Below, in pieces: positions 1 through 11,695 of a DNA stretch of 64,000 nt (positions are counted from its first letter, which is position 1; each line of letters opens with the position of its first letter). The notes under the pieces were generated by a model that made no database searches, was not told the origin of the DNA, and saw nothing but the letters and a program-made list of their open reading frames with translations. Source of the DNA: Opitutia bacterium (lineage in GTDB: Bacteria; Verrucomicrobiota; Verrucomicrobiia; Opitutales; Opitutaceae); assembly GCA_947478395.1 (NCBI GenBank), contig CANJVR010000002.1, positions 800,001 through 864,000 on the forward strand. Direction: 5' to 3'. The position numbers and the translations under genes are program-made.

Positions 1-1234
1 CCTCTTCGGCGTAGGCGCGACGCCCGGCTGCGTCCTTCGGAACCGCATCACGGCTGAAGAAACGGGTGTAGTTCGCCGGATGTACCCATTGCGCTGGATC
101 GAGCGGGCCTTCGAGGCGTACTTTTTTGAGATTGTAGAGATTATCCGCCGCCTGGCTCTTGGGCGGGATCGGTAGCACCGGCTTGAGTGCGACCGCAACT
201 TTATGGGTGCCGGGTTCCCAATGGACGGAGTAGCTGTCGTCGATGTCGTGGTTGCTCTCCCAGCTGAATTCTTTCTGCGAAACCTGCTTTCCATCCACCG
301 TGACCGTGATTTGGGCGCGCTGCGGATTGTAGATAAAATCTCCCCGAATATTCTGCTCGAACACCAGCCGGTAGTCGCCGGCTTTGGTAATATTGAAATC
401 ATGACCGATGTTCGCCTCGGCCGGATATGGCAGGCCGACAGCCAGGATTCCATCGGCGCCTAGACCCGAACCACGGATGATTTTCCCAACGGTGGGTTTG
501 CCGTCCGCGTAGTTGAAATCCCCGACGTCGGCAATCTGCTGCGCCGGTACCTGCGTGACCGTCGGCACCGCTTTGCTCACCACAGCCTGAGCGGCCGCAA
601 GATACTTTTCCATCAGGAGGGGCGACATGTTCAACACGTCGGCAATGTTGTCGAAGCCGTACCCGCTGTCGTCATCGGGAAATGCCGCCTTGGTTTCGAA
701 ATCAACGCCCATCAGATCACGAATCGTGTTTTTATATTCGACGCGGTTGAGCCGGTGCACGGTCACTCGGCCAGGATCAGCCTGCTTGGGATCGAGGCCA
801 AAGGCCGCGGTTTTGATCCAACCCTCCAGCGCAACGTGTTCGCCCTCTGTGAGCGGGTTGTTCGTCTCAAGCGGCGGCATGATCTGCGAGCGAGTGTTCC
901 GCAGCACCTTGAGCCACAATTGCGGATCGCCAGCGATGCGAGCAGGCGTCAGGTCGTCGAAGGTGATGCCGCCTTTGCTCGCCCCGTCGCCGTGACAATC
1001 GTAGCAGCGCTCGCGAAGGATGGGCTCGATGACTTTGTGAAACTGGGCAACCGCCGGGCTTTCCGCAGGGACGGCCTTGGGGGCTGCCACAACCGCTGAT
1101 TTGGCGACCGCTACTTCACGCGGCGACGAGGTGCCGTTCTGGCAGCCAGTCCAGACCAGTAACGCCGCGGCCCCGAGGACGGCGACGCCGGTTGACCAAT
1201 GACGGAAAATATTCAGCTGGCTCAATTTGATCAT
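1..1234 (-). CDS. DUF1592/DUF1587 (PSD)-domain protein with N-terminal cytochrome c domain, probable lipoprotein; runs off the window start
   Basis: Not in the ORF track because its stop lies outside the window. Manual translation from ATG 1234 gives MIKLSQLNIFRHWSTGVAVLGAAALLVWTGC (lipobox-like), a CYDCH heme motif, WLKVLRNTRSQIMPP and the PSD3-like DPGRVTVHRLNRVEYKNTIRDL...DDDSGYGFDN. Confidence 0.85.
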   Translation of the reverse strand, partial: MIKLSQLNIFRHWSTGVAVLGAAALLVWTGCQNGTSSPREVAVAKSAVVAAPKAVPAESPAVAQFHKVIEPILRERCYDCHGDGASKGGITFDDLTPARIAGDPQLWLKVLRNTRSQIMPPLETNNPLTEGEHVALEGWIKTAAFGLDPKQADPGRVTVHRLNRVEYKNTIRDLMGVDFETKAAFPDDDSGYGFDNIADVLNMSPLLMEKYLAAAQAVVSKAVPTVTQVPAQQIADVGDFNYADGKPTVGKIIRGSGLGADGILAVGLPYPAEANIGHDFNITKAGDYRLVFEQNIRGDFIYNPQRAQITVTVDGKQVSQKEFSWESNHDIDDSYSVHWEPGTHKVAVALKPVLPIPPKSQAADNLYNLKKVRLEGPLDPAQWVHPANYTRFFSRDAVPKDAAGRRAYAEE

Positions 1235-1301
1235 GTCGAAACGTGGGTCGTGGAAAGCAAACCTTCAGCCGATAAGGCCCGGGGCGTAGAGAAAAACTTT
1301 G

Positions 1302-1327
1302 TTCGCTCGACGCGCCGCAGGGTTACA
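1302..1327 (-). promoter_or_regulatory. candidate ECF-sigma promoter upstream of the DUF1592 gene
   Basis: Minus strand reads TGTAAC-N16-CGAA about 70 nt upstream of ATG 1234, matching the generic ECF AAC-N16/17-CG pattern. Confidence 0.3.
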
Positions 1328-1529
1328 GCTCCTAAAGTGGAAAAATGCATTAAATAGGAAAACGCACTCGTCGCCGGGGATGACGGAATCCACCGGCAAG
1401 GGTTGCTCAAAAAAAAGGACCTCAGGTGCTCGCCTAACGCGATGCCGGCACGACGCTCGCCTACGTCCTGGCCGCCGCACGGGGGAAAAATCGCGGCGGC
1501 GCCGCTAACTTGAAACAGCGTGCCGTTCA

Positions 1530-2861
<1,332 letters not shown>

Positions 2862-3181
2862 TCAACCGCAGCGAACTGAACGGGAAAACCGCAACGCCGC
2901 CGCCATTTGGGGAAGTATAAGGCGGAGGAGTCAGTGCTACGAAACGTCGAAAAGAACACTCGCATTCCGGCCCGTGCGCGGCGTGAAACAACCCCGCATT
3001 GGTGCTACCCGCAGCTATGTCTTTTGTAATATTAAAACCGCGAATTCGCGGCGTTCGGCGCGGCCGCGTGCGGTGAGCCATCGCTGAATCAGCCGAACAA
3101 GGGTCTGAAACGGCGCGGCGGAGAACGCGTTTTCAGAAAAACATTCTCGATGAAATCCAAGATGAATGACTGATTGCACCT

Positions 3182-6100
3182 GTGACGGCGCGCACCCCAC
3201 GCAAACTCCGACCGGCTCGGCGAACAATCTCTACTCTTCTCATCCTGGGGTGCGTCGTGATCACAGGTTTCGCCGAACCGGGCATTCATGGACTGCCATT
3301 TTCGCGCCCGTATTCGCTGGAGGACGTCGGTTACGTGCCGCGGGGCGCCCGGCTGAATTTGGATCCGTTCGGTCGTATCGCGGTGATTCACGACGGCGTT
3401 TATGCGGTGCTCAACGATACCGCGTGGTTGAACATTGCCGACCCCGAGGAATCCGCCCGCACCCCTATGACCGACGTGTTGCACGCCGGCTACGGCCAGA
3501 CTTTTTACGGGGGGCGCGCGTCTTGGGGGATAGCGGAATTTGGCATCGACGGAAAAATTCACGCCAAGTCGCTGGTTCCGAAGAATGCTCCGGCCTGGAC
3601 CCGAACCACCACGTTCGAAGAATTGATCGGAACGGCGGACGGAATTTATTTTGTCAGTCGCAACGGCGTCGTCTTCTGGGATTTCATCCGCAAAGAGTGC
3701 CAGCTTTTTGAACTGGAAAGGATTTCGCGAGTTTTCGCCGTCGGCAGCAAAGTCTTCGTCTCGTCCTCCGGCCAGGCGCTGCGTACGATTAACCTCAACG
3801 AACGCCGCGTGGAACCGGTGCCGGTCACCGCGCTGGACCGAGTGGCGGTTGATCACGCCATCGTTCTGGATGGAACGCGCTCCCTGGTATCACTGATGAA
3901 CGGCCGTCTTTTCGTTTTCGACGGCTTGAATTTAACCCCGTGGTCCGGCGGCCAGGGGGTTGAAGAAACGATGGGCAGAATTTCGGTGCTGCAACGTCTG
4001 GCCGACGGCCGTGTGGCCGTCGCGGTCACGGGCAAAGGCGTTTTCGTGTATTCGCCCGAGGGGACGTTGCTGACGTCGCTGACGACTCCACAATATCATC
4101 AGATCTCGAGCATCGCGAGCCGTGAACCCGGCGTGCTGTGGTTGCTCACCGAAGAATCGATTGAAAAGGTCCTTTATTCGGGAGGACTTACCTCATTCGG
4201 GCAACGTCTTGGCCTGACCTTGGGGTGGCCGCAGGTGGCAGCGCGGGCGGGTCGAACATTTGTTACGTCGGGCGGTGTCCTTTACGAGGCGGTGCCTGAT
4301 AAGACCGGCGGACCGGCCCGCTTTGAACGCTTTAAGAACCAACCGGCCGGCGGCGCGATGTCGCTGACTTCAGGCGGCAGCCACCTAATTACCGGGAGCC
4401 GCGCCGGAATTTTTTCGGTTCAAAGCGACGACTCACTGCAGCTGATCGGCCAGGTCAAAGATCTCAATATTCTGATGATGGTCGGCGACAATCTCTGCTA
4501 CGCGATCGGCACTTCGGAGATCGCCCTCTTTGAATGGGACGGTTCGCGTTGGTTCGAGCCGGTCGCGCGCGTTCCCGGACTACCCCACTCCTTCAACGTG
4601 CAGCGGACCGCCAAAGCCGTGTGGGTCGAGATGGGCGGAGACGGCGTGGCTCGAGTCTCGCGCAAGGACGGCGAGATCAAGGTCACGGTGATAAAAAACG
4701 AACCCTGGACTAAGGCACTTTGGGTCAACATCGGCGTCGTCGGCGATGTCGCCGTACTGAGCACCCTGCGCGACCAGCGACGGTTCTTCGATGACAGGAG
4801 CGAATCGTGGTGCGACATGCCGGGGTTCGCGAAGCTCTTGGACCGTTCGCCGCATTGGATCGCGCGGGTTTGGATGGACGACGCGGGCACGCTTTGGGCG
4901 ACGCACACGGAAGGCCTCGTGCGATTTACGCCCAAGGGAGACGACTATGAAATGGATCTCTCGACCTACGACCTGATCAACGACCGCTATCCCATAATCT
5001 ACATCCTGCCCGGCAGCGGCACTTGGGTCTCGGCGAGTCGATCGCTGCATCATGTCGAGCAAGTCGAAAATCCACGGGCCAGCCCGGCTTCGAAACCGGT
5101 CCTCGTGTCGCTCATGGATACACGCCGAAATGTCGAGCTGTTGACGCACCGGCTTGCCCCCGAAAATCGCCTCCAGCTGCCGTTCGCGCAGAACAGCCTG
5201 ACGTTTCGTTTTTTTTCCGGCAGCTATGCCCGGCGGCGTGCCCCCGTCTACGAGGTCAGAATGAAGCCAAGTGAACCGTGGGTAACGCTCGATACGGGCT
5301 CGCTGCTGCGCCTTTCGGCGCTGCGCGAAGGCGCGTACGATCTTGAAGTAAAAATTGCCGGCGAACCCGTTGAACCGGGCGGAGCCATGCGTTTCTCGTT
5401 CGATATCCTCCCGCCGTGGCAACGCACGCTGCCGGCGTACCTGCTCTATGGCTCAATCCTCGTGGTCGGTGTTATCGGCATCAGTCGCCTTTCCGTCGGT
5501 CTGGCGCATCGTCGAAACCGGGCCCTGGAAGAGGTCGTGCGGGCGCGAACGAGTGAGCTGAAATCGACCATGGAAAAGCTGAATGAGGAAACGCGCATCA
5601 CCGCCACCTTGGCCGAGCGCGATCGATTGGCCGGGGAAATCCACGACAGCGTGCAGCAGGGCTTGAGCGGGGCGATCATCCAGCTCGACACGACGCTGCG
5701 GTTGCCATCGTTGGACCAGCCGGTCCTCACCCGGCTGCAGGTGGTGCGAAACATGTTGTCGTACGCGCGACAAGAGGTGCAGCACGCGGTGTGGGATTTG
5801 GATTCACCCCTGCTTGAAGGTAATGATCTGGGCGAAGCGCTCCGGAAGCTGACGACCTTCACGCTGTCGAATGCCCTTGTTCCCGTGGTCTCCGTTTCCG
5901 GCACGCCCATCCAACTCCCCCGCGTTACGACTCATCATCTGCTGCGAATTGCGCAGGAGGCGACAACGAACTCCCTCCGCCATGCGCAGGCCCAGCACAT
6001 CGACATCGCGCTAGAATACCAAGCTGGCGCTGTGACATTGACGATTTCCGACGACGGCATCGGATTTCCGCCGGACGACGGTTTGAACAAAGCCGGTCAC

Positions 6101-6220
6101 TTCGGTCTGCGCGGGATTCGCGGCCGGGCGAAAAAACTTGGAGCGGAAATTACCGTTACAAGTTCGATGGGACGTGGCACGACCGTTCGGGTGATCGCGC
6201 CCGTGGTGTCACCGACTTAG
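3182..6220 (+). CDS. membrane sensor histidine kinase with large beta-propeller/Y_Y_Y-type periplasmic domain and HisKA_3 plus HATPase core
   Basis: N-terminal hydrophobic segment, beta-rich periplasmic region, ILPPW-TM, ERDRLAGEIHDSVQQ H-box, QEATTNSLRHA N-box, DDGIGF and GHFGL G-boxes. Start (GTG) uncertain. Confidence 0.9.
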   Translation: MTARTPRKLRPARRTISTLLILGCVVITGFAEPGIHGLPFSRPYSLEDVGYVPRGARLNLDPFGRIAVIHDGVYAVLNDTAWLNIADPEESARTPMTDVLHAGYGQTFYGGRASWGIAEFGIDGKIHAKSLVPKNAPAWTRTTTFEELIGTADGIYFVSRNGVVFWDFIRKECQLFELERISRVFAVGSKVFVSSSGQALRTINLNERRVEPVPVTALDRVAVDHAIVLDGTRSLVSLMNGRLFVFDGLNLTPWSGGQGVEETMGRISVLQRLADGRVAVAVTGKGVFVYSPEGTLLTSLTTPQYHQISSIASREPGVLWLLTEESIEKVLYSGGLTSFGQRLGLTLGWPQVAARAGRTFVTSGGVLYEAVPDKTGGPARFERFKNQPAGGAMSLTSGGSHLITGSRAGIFSVQSDDSLQLIGQVKDLNILMMVGDNLCYAIGTSEIALFEWDGSRWFEPVARVPGLPHSFNVQRTAKAVWVEMGGDGVARVSRKDGEIKVTVIKNEPWTKALWVNIGVVGDVAVLSTLRDQRRFFDDRSESWCDMPGFAKLLDRSPHWIARVWMDDAGTLWATHTEGLVRFTPKGDDYEMDLSTYDLINDRYPIIYILPGSGTWVSASRSLHHVEQVENPRASPASKPVLVSLMDTRRNVELLTHRLAPENRLQLPFAQNSLTFRFFSGSYARRRAPVYEVRMKPSEPWVTLDTGSLLRLSALREGAYDLEVKIAGEPVEPGGAMRFSFDILPPWQRTLPAYLLYGSILVVGVIGISRLSVGLAHRRNRALEEVVRARTSELKSTMEKLNEETRITATLAERDRLAGEIHDSVQQGLSGAIIQLDTTLRLPSLDQPVLTRLQVVRNMLSYARQEVQHAVWDLDSPLLEGNDLGEALRKLTTFTLSNALVPVVSVSGTPIQLPRVTTHHLLRIAQEATTNSLRHAQAQHIDIALEYQAGAVTLTISDDGIGFPPDDGLNKAGHFGLRGIRGRAKKLGAEITVTSSMGRGTTVRVIAPVVSPT

Positions 6221-6228
6221 ATTTACTC

Positions 6229-6870
6229 ATGGAAAAAGTTACCCCGCCGCCAGCCAAGATCAGGGTCCTGCTCGTCGACGATCATGTCACAATCCGCATG
6301 GGTGTCACCACGGCCGCCAGCGACGCCGCCGACATGGAAGTGATCGCCGAGGCCGAATGCGGCGAGGACGCCATCGCAATATTTCGCGAGCACCGGCCCG
6401 ATCTCGTGGTCTTGGATCTTCGAATGCAAGGCATGAGCGGCATCGAAACCCTTAAGGCCCTGCGCGAGGAATTCAAAACCGCAAAGGTTTTGATCTTTTG
6501 CAGCCACGCGAAGGGGGAAGAGATTTATCAAGCGATGCGGATGGGCGCAGCCGGCTTTGTCCTAAAGGAAATGCCGCTAGACCGCCTCTTGGATGGCATC
6601 CGCGCGGTAAATCGCGGCGAACAATACATCCCGCGCGAAATTGCGGTCCGGATGGGCGAGCGGCTTCTCGCCCATATATCGCCGCGCGAAATGGACGTCC
6701 TTCGCTTGCTCGGCCGGGGTCTGAGCAACAAGGAGATTGGCGGTCAGCTTGGCGTCGTTGAGGGCACCGTGAAGCTGCACATCGCGAGTATTTTCACCAA
6801 GCTGGGCGTATCCGATCGGACCCAAGCGCTCGTCGAGGCAATCAAGCGGGGAATCGTCCAGGTCGAGTAA
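6229..6870 (+). CDS. NarL/LuxR-family response regulator
   Basis: VLLVDDH, LVVLDLRM receiver motifs and LuxR HTH (GLSNKEIG...TVKLHIASIFTKLGVSDRTQA); 8 nt after the kinase stop. Confidence 0.95.
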   Translation: MEKVTPPPAKIRVLLVDDHVTIRMGVTTAASDAADMEVIAEAECGEDAIAIFREHRPDLVVLDLRMQGMSGIETLKALREEFKTAKVLIFCSHAKGEEIYQAMRMGAAGFVLKEMPLDRLLDGIRAVNRGEQYIPREIAVRMGERLLAHISPREMDVLRLLGRGLSNKEIGGQLGVVEGTVKLHIASIFTKLGVSDRTQALVEAIKRGIVQVE

Positions 6871-6918
6871 TCTCTAACGGCGGAAGACGAGACCGCGGCA
6901 CCGGCTGCACCGTCTCGC

Positions 6919-8010
6919 CTACTCGCTCGTAGTTAGCCTAGGCGGGCACGAAGCCCCGTCGAACCAGGAGCCTTCGACGTAAGTCGTCGTAGGAATCTCC
7001 GGCACTCCGTATTTATTGTGCTGCAATTGCCCCGCGAGCACCTCGACGGCGAGTTCACCGACCGTCGCGTGATTCTGGCGGACACCCGCGGTCCGGCCGG
7101 AGAATTTGTTTAGAAAGACATCAACAAACGCGACATCCCTCGGCACACGCACATGCATCGCCGCAAGACTCGGCAGAACGAACGATCCCTTGCTGATAAC
7201 CACCTCGGGACGGTATTCCCGAAACCAACGCGCAAACGACCGGGACTCCGGCACCACGTCCCCCTTGCTTTCATTGATCCAACTCTCGACGGGCTCGGCC
7301 TCAGGAAAAAGCATCATCGGGATTCGCTCCTCGGGCCGAAGTTTTGCCTGTTCACACAGGAAGCCGGCGGTCCAGAGATGATCCACACTGTGATCCCAGC
7401 CGCGATGCATCACGAAACCGATCCGGCGATAACCCGCCGCCATCACCCGCTGCATCGCAAGTCGGATGATATCGCACTGGTTGTTCGTGACATTATGGAG
7501 CGCAGGCCGGTGCGGGAAATAGTCGATCTTCACCGCGCTGAAACTCGTCCAGTCGAAGTGCAACTCCACGTCCACTTCGCGCTGGTGCGAAGCGATGATG
7601 ACGCCGTTGATGCCGCGCGCCTTCAGGATATTGCTGAGACGGCCGTGCGTCAGCCCGGGCTCGCGCATCCAGAAGTGCTCGAGCTTGTACCCAAGTTCGA
7701 GCGCCTTCGCCATTGCGCCCGCATAAAAATCCGGATGGGCCGTGACCTTTTTCCAACCCCAACGGGTGTCCCAATTCGTCACGTAAGCGAGCGTCGCAGG
7801 ATTACGCCGCTCCGTCATTTTTCCGCGGTAGGCCACCAACGCGCGCAACATCGGATCGGGTGCATAGCCGAGCGAGCGCGCGAGCTTTTGAATCCGTTCG
7901 CGCGTGACCAAAGGCAGGCGTTGATGATTGCGCAACGCCAACGACACCGTCGTGACGTGCACTCCGGCCTTACGAGCGACATCGGCAAGGGTAACCCGGC
8001 GTTCGATCAT
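6919..8010 (-). CDS. LacI-family transcriptional regulator
   Basis: MIERRVTLADVARKAGVHVTTVSLAL LacI HTH; start moved to ATG 8010; divergent from xylA. Confidence 0.9.
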   Translation of the reverse strand: MIERRVTLADVARKAGVHVTTVSLALRNHQRLPLVTRERIQKLARSLGYAPDPMLRALVAYRGKMTERRNPATLAYVTNWDTRWGWKKVTAHPDFYAGAMAKALELGYKLEHFWMREPGLTHGRLSNILKARGINGVIIASHQREVDVELHFDWTSFSAVKIDYFPHRPALHNVTNNQCDIIRLAMQRVMAAGYRRIGFVMHRGWDHSVDHLWTAGFLCEQAKLRPEERIPMMLFPEAEPVESWINESKGDVVPESRSFARWFREYRPEVVISKGSFVLPSLAAMHVRVPRDVAFVDVFLNKFSGRTAGVRQNHATVGELAVEVLAGQLQHNKYGVPEIPTTTYVEGSWFDGASCPPRLTTSE

Positions 8011-8151
8011 GGACGATGATTCAAGCCCCGGCGTCGGGCGGCTCAAGTCTATTGTTAGTATCTTCACTCGATTGAGCACACGGTCCGGCCGGGCTCACTC
8101 CCCTTTTCAGCGCCCGATACCCTTTTAGGCCTTCCCCCTGAGTCCCCGCGT

Positions 8152-9472
<1,321 letters not shown>

Positions 9473-9480
<8 letters not shown>

Positions 9481-11647
9481 TATCCTCACCAAGGCAGCAA
9501 CCGACCGACCGACCATGCGCGGTGTCGCTTTGAACCAGCTGCTTTTTCAGGACGCTGACGCGCCGCTCGAGGCCCGGATCGACGATCTTGTCGCTCGGCT
9601 CACGCTGACGGAGAAAATCAACCAGCTCCTCCACGAGAACAACGCGATTGAGCGTCTCGGTGTGCCCGCTTACAACTGGTGGAATGAGGCCTGTCACGGT
9701 GTCGGCCGTAACGGCCGTGCGACCGTTTTTCCCCAGGTCATCGGTCTGGGCGCCACTTGGAATAGCGCGCTCGTACAACGCGTCGCCAGTGTCATTGCCG
9801 ATGAGGCGCGGGCGAAGCACCACGCGGCCGCCAAGGCCGGCCGCCGCGGCCAGTATCAAGGCCTCACGTTTTGGGCGCCCAACATTAACATCTTTCGCGA
9901 TCCACGCTGGGGCCGCGGCCAAGAGACGTTTGGCGAGGACCCACACCTGACGGGCGAATTGGGCGCCGCTATGGTGCGCGGCCTGCAGGGCGACCATGCG
10001 CACTACCTGAAGACCGCCGCCTGCGCCAAACACTATGCGGTCCATAGCGGTCCCGAACAGGACCGGCACATCTTTGATGCGTGCCCCACGCCCAAGGATC
10101 TGGAGGAAACCTACCTGCCGGCCTTCGCGAAACTCGTCCGCGCCGGCGTTGAAGCGGTGATGGGCGCCTACAATCGCACGCTCGGCGAACCGTGCTGCGG
10201 GAGCAAATTCCTCCTGGGCGATGTTCTGCGCGGACGCTGGGGCTTCAAAGGCCACGTTGTCAGCGACTGCGGCGCCGTGGATGATTTTCACCGTCACCAC
10301 AAAATCACGCGCAACGCCGCCGAGTCCGCCGCACTCGCCGTGCGCAACGGCTGCGACCTCAATTGCGGTTGCACCTACAACGACCTCGTCGTCGCGGTGG
10401 AACAAGGCCTCATCACGACCGCGGAAATCGACATCGCGCTCCGCCGCCTGCTCGCGACCAAGTTTAAGCTTGGGCTTTTCGACCCGCCGGCCCGCGTCCC
10501 TTGGTCCGCCATTCCGACTTCGGTAGTCGACAGCGAAGAGCACCGCGCGCTCGCGCGCGCGGCGGCCGTCGAATCCATCGTGCTGCTAAAAAACAACGGC
10601 ATCCTCCCGTTGCGCGCCGACTACGAAAGCCTGCTCGTGACCGGTCCAACCGCGGCCAGCACGGTCGCATTGATCGGAAATTACTACGGATTTTCGCCGC
10701 GGCTCGTAACAATCGCCGAAGGCATTCTCGAACGCGCGCCGGAGAGCTGCCGCGTGGTGTATCGTTTGGGCTGTCCGCTCTCGAGCCCGATGGCGCCGGG
10801 GGTTAACTACACCTACGGGACAGCGGCCGAAAACGACGTCACCATCGCGGTGCTCGGACTCGACCCTTCGCTCGAGGGCGAGGAGGGCGATACCGTCGCC
10901 TCCACCTCCGGCGGCGATCGCGACCGCATCGAACTGCCGCAGGTGCAACTCGATTTCCTCATCGAACTGCGCAAACACGCGAAAAAACTCATCGTCGTTC
11001 TCACCGGCGGCAGCGCCATCGCCGCACCCGAGGTCCACGAACTCGCCGACGCCGTGCTGCAAGTCTGGTATCCCGGTTGCGAAGGCGGTCATGCGCTCGC
11101 CGCCTTGCTGTTCGGCGATGTATCGCCCTCCGGCAAGTTGCCCATCACCGTCCCGCGCCGCACCGAGGATCTGCCGCCGTTCGAGGACTACGCCATGCGC
11201 GGACGCACCTATCGCTTCGCGCAGCTCACCCCGCTTTATCCTTTCGGTTTCGGACTCAGTTATGCGCGCCTGAGCTACGGCCCACTCGTCCTCAGCTCCA
11301 CTCGACTCGTCGCCGGCCAAGAACTGATCGTAACAACCACCATTACCAACGAGAGCGCGATCGCCGCCGCCGAGACCGTGCAATGCTATCTCAGTCCGCC
11401 ACGCGATTGGCCCGAAGCTCCGCACGCTACGTTGCTGGATTTCAAAAAAACTCCCGTACCGGCGGGCGCGACCGTCACCGTTACCTTCCGGCTCGCCGCG
11501 GCCGCGTTCGCCCAAATCGATGCGACCGGGCGTTCGGCTTACGCGCCGGGCACCTACGGTCTCGTCGTCGGTTCAGCCTCGCCCGATCCGCAGGCTCAGA
11601 CCCTTGGCGCGCCCGCCCCCTCGACCGGGACCTTTTTCTTAATTTAG
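9473..11647 (+). CDS. GH3 beta-xylosidase/beta-glucosidase, no obvious signal peptide
   Basis: [29 protein letters not shown], nucleophile VVSDCG, C-terminal Fn3-like domain. Start at ATG 9473 (overlapping the xylA end) or 9515. Confidence 0.92.
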
Positions 11648-11695
11648 TTGGCCGTTCCGCTGGGGACGGTCGCCGATTTCGATTCACCCCAACCC

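Noticed and set aside
8041..8077. GCTCAA...TTGAGC inverted repeat as the LacI operator
   Set aside because: Only 6-bp arms with a 25-nt gap, unlike compact LacI operators; insufficient evidence.
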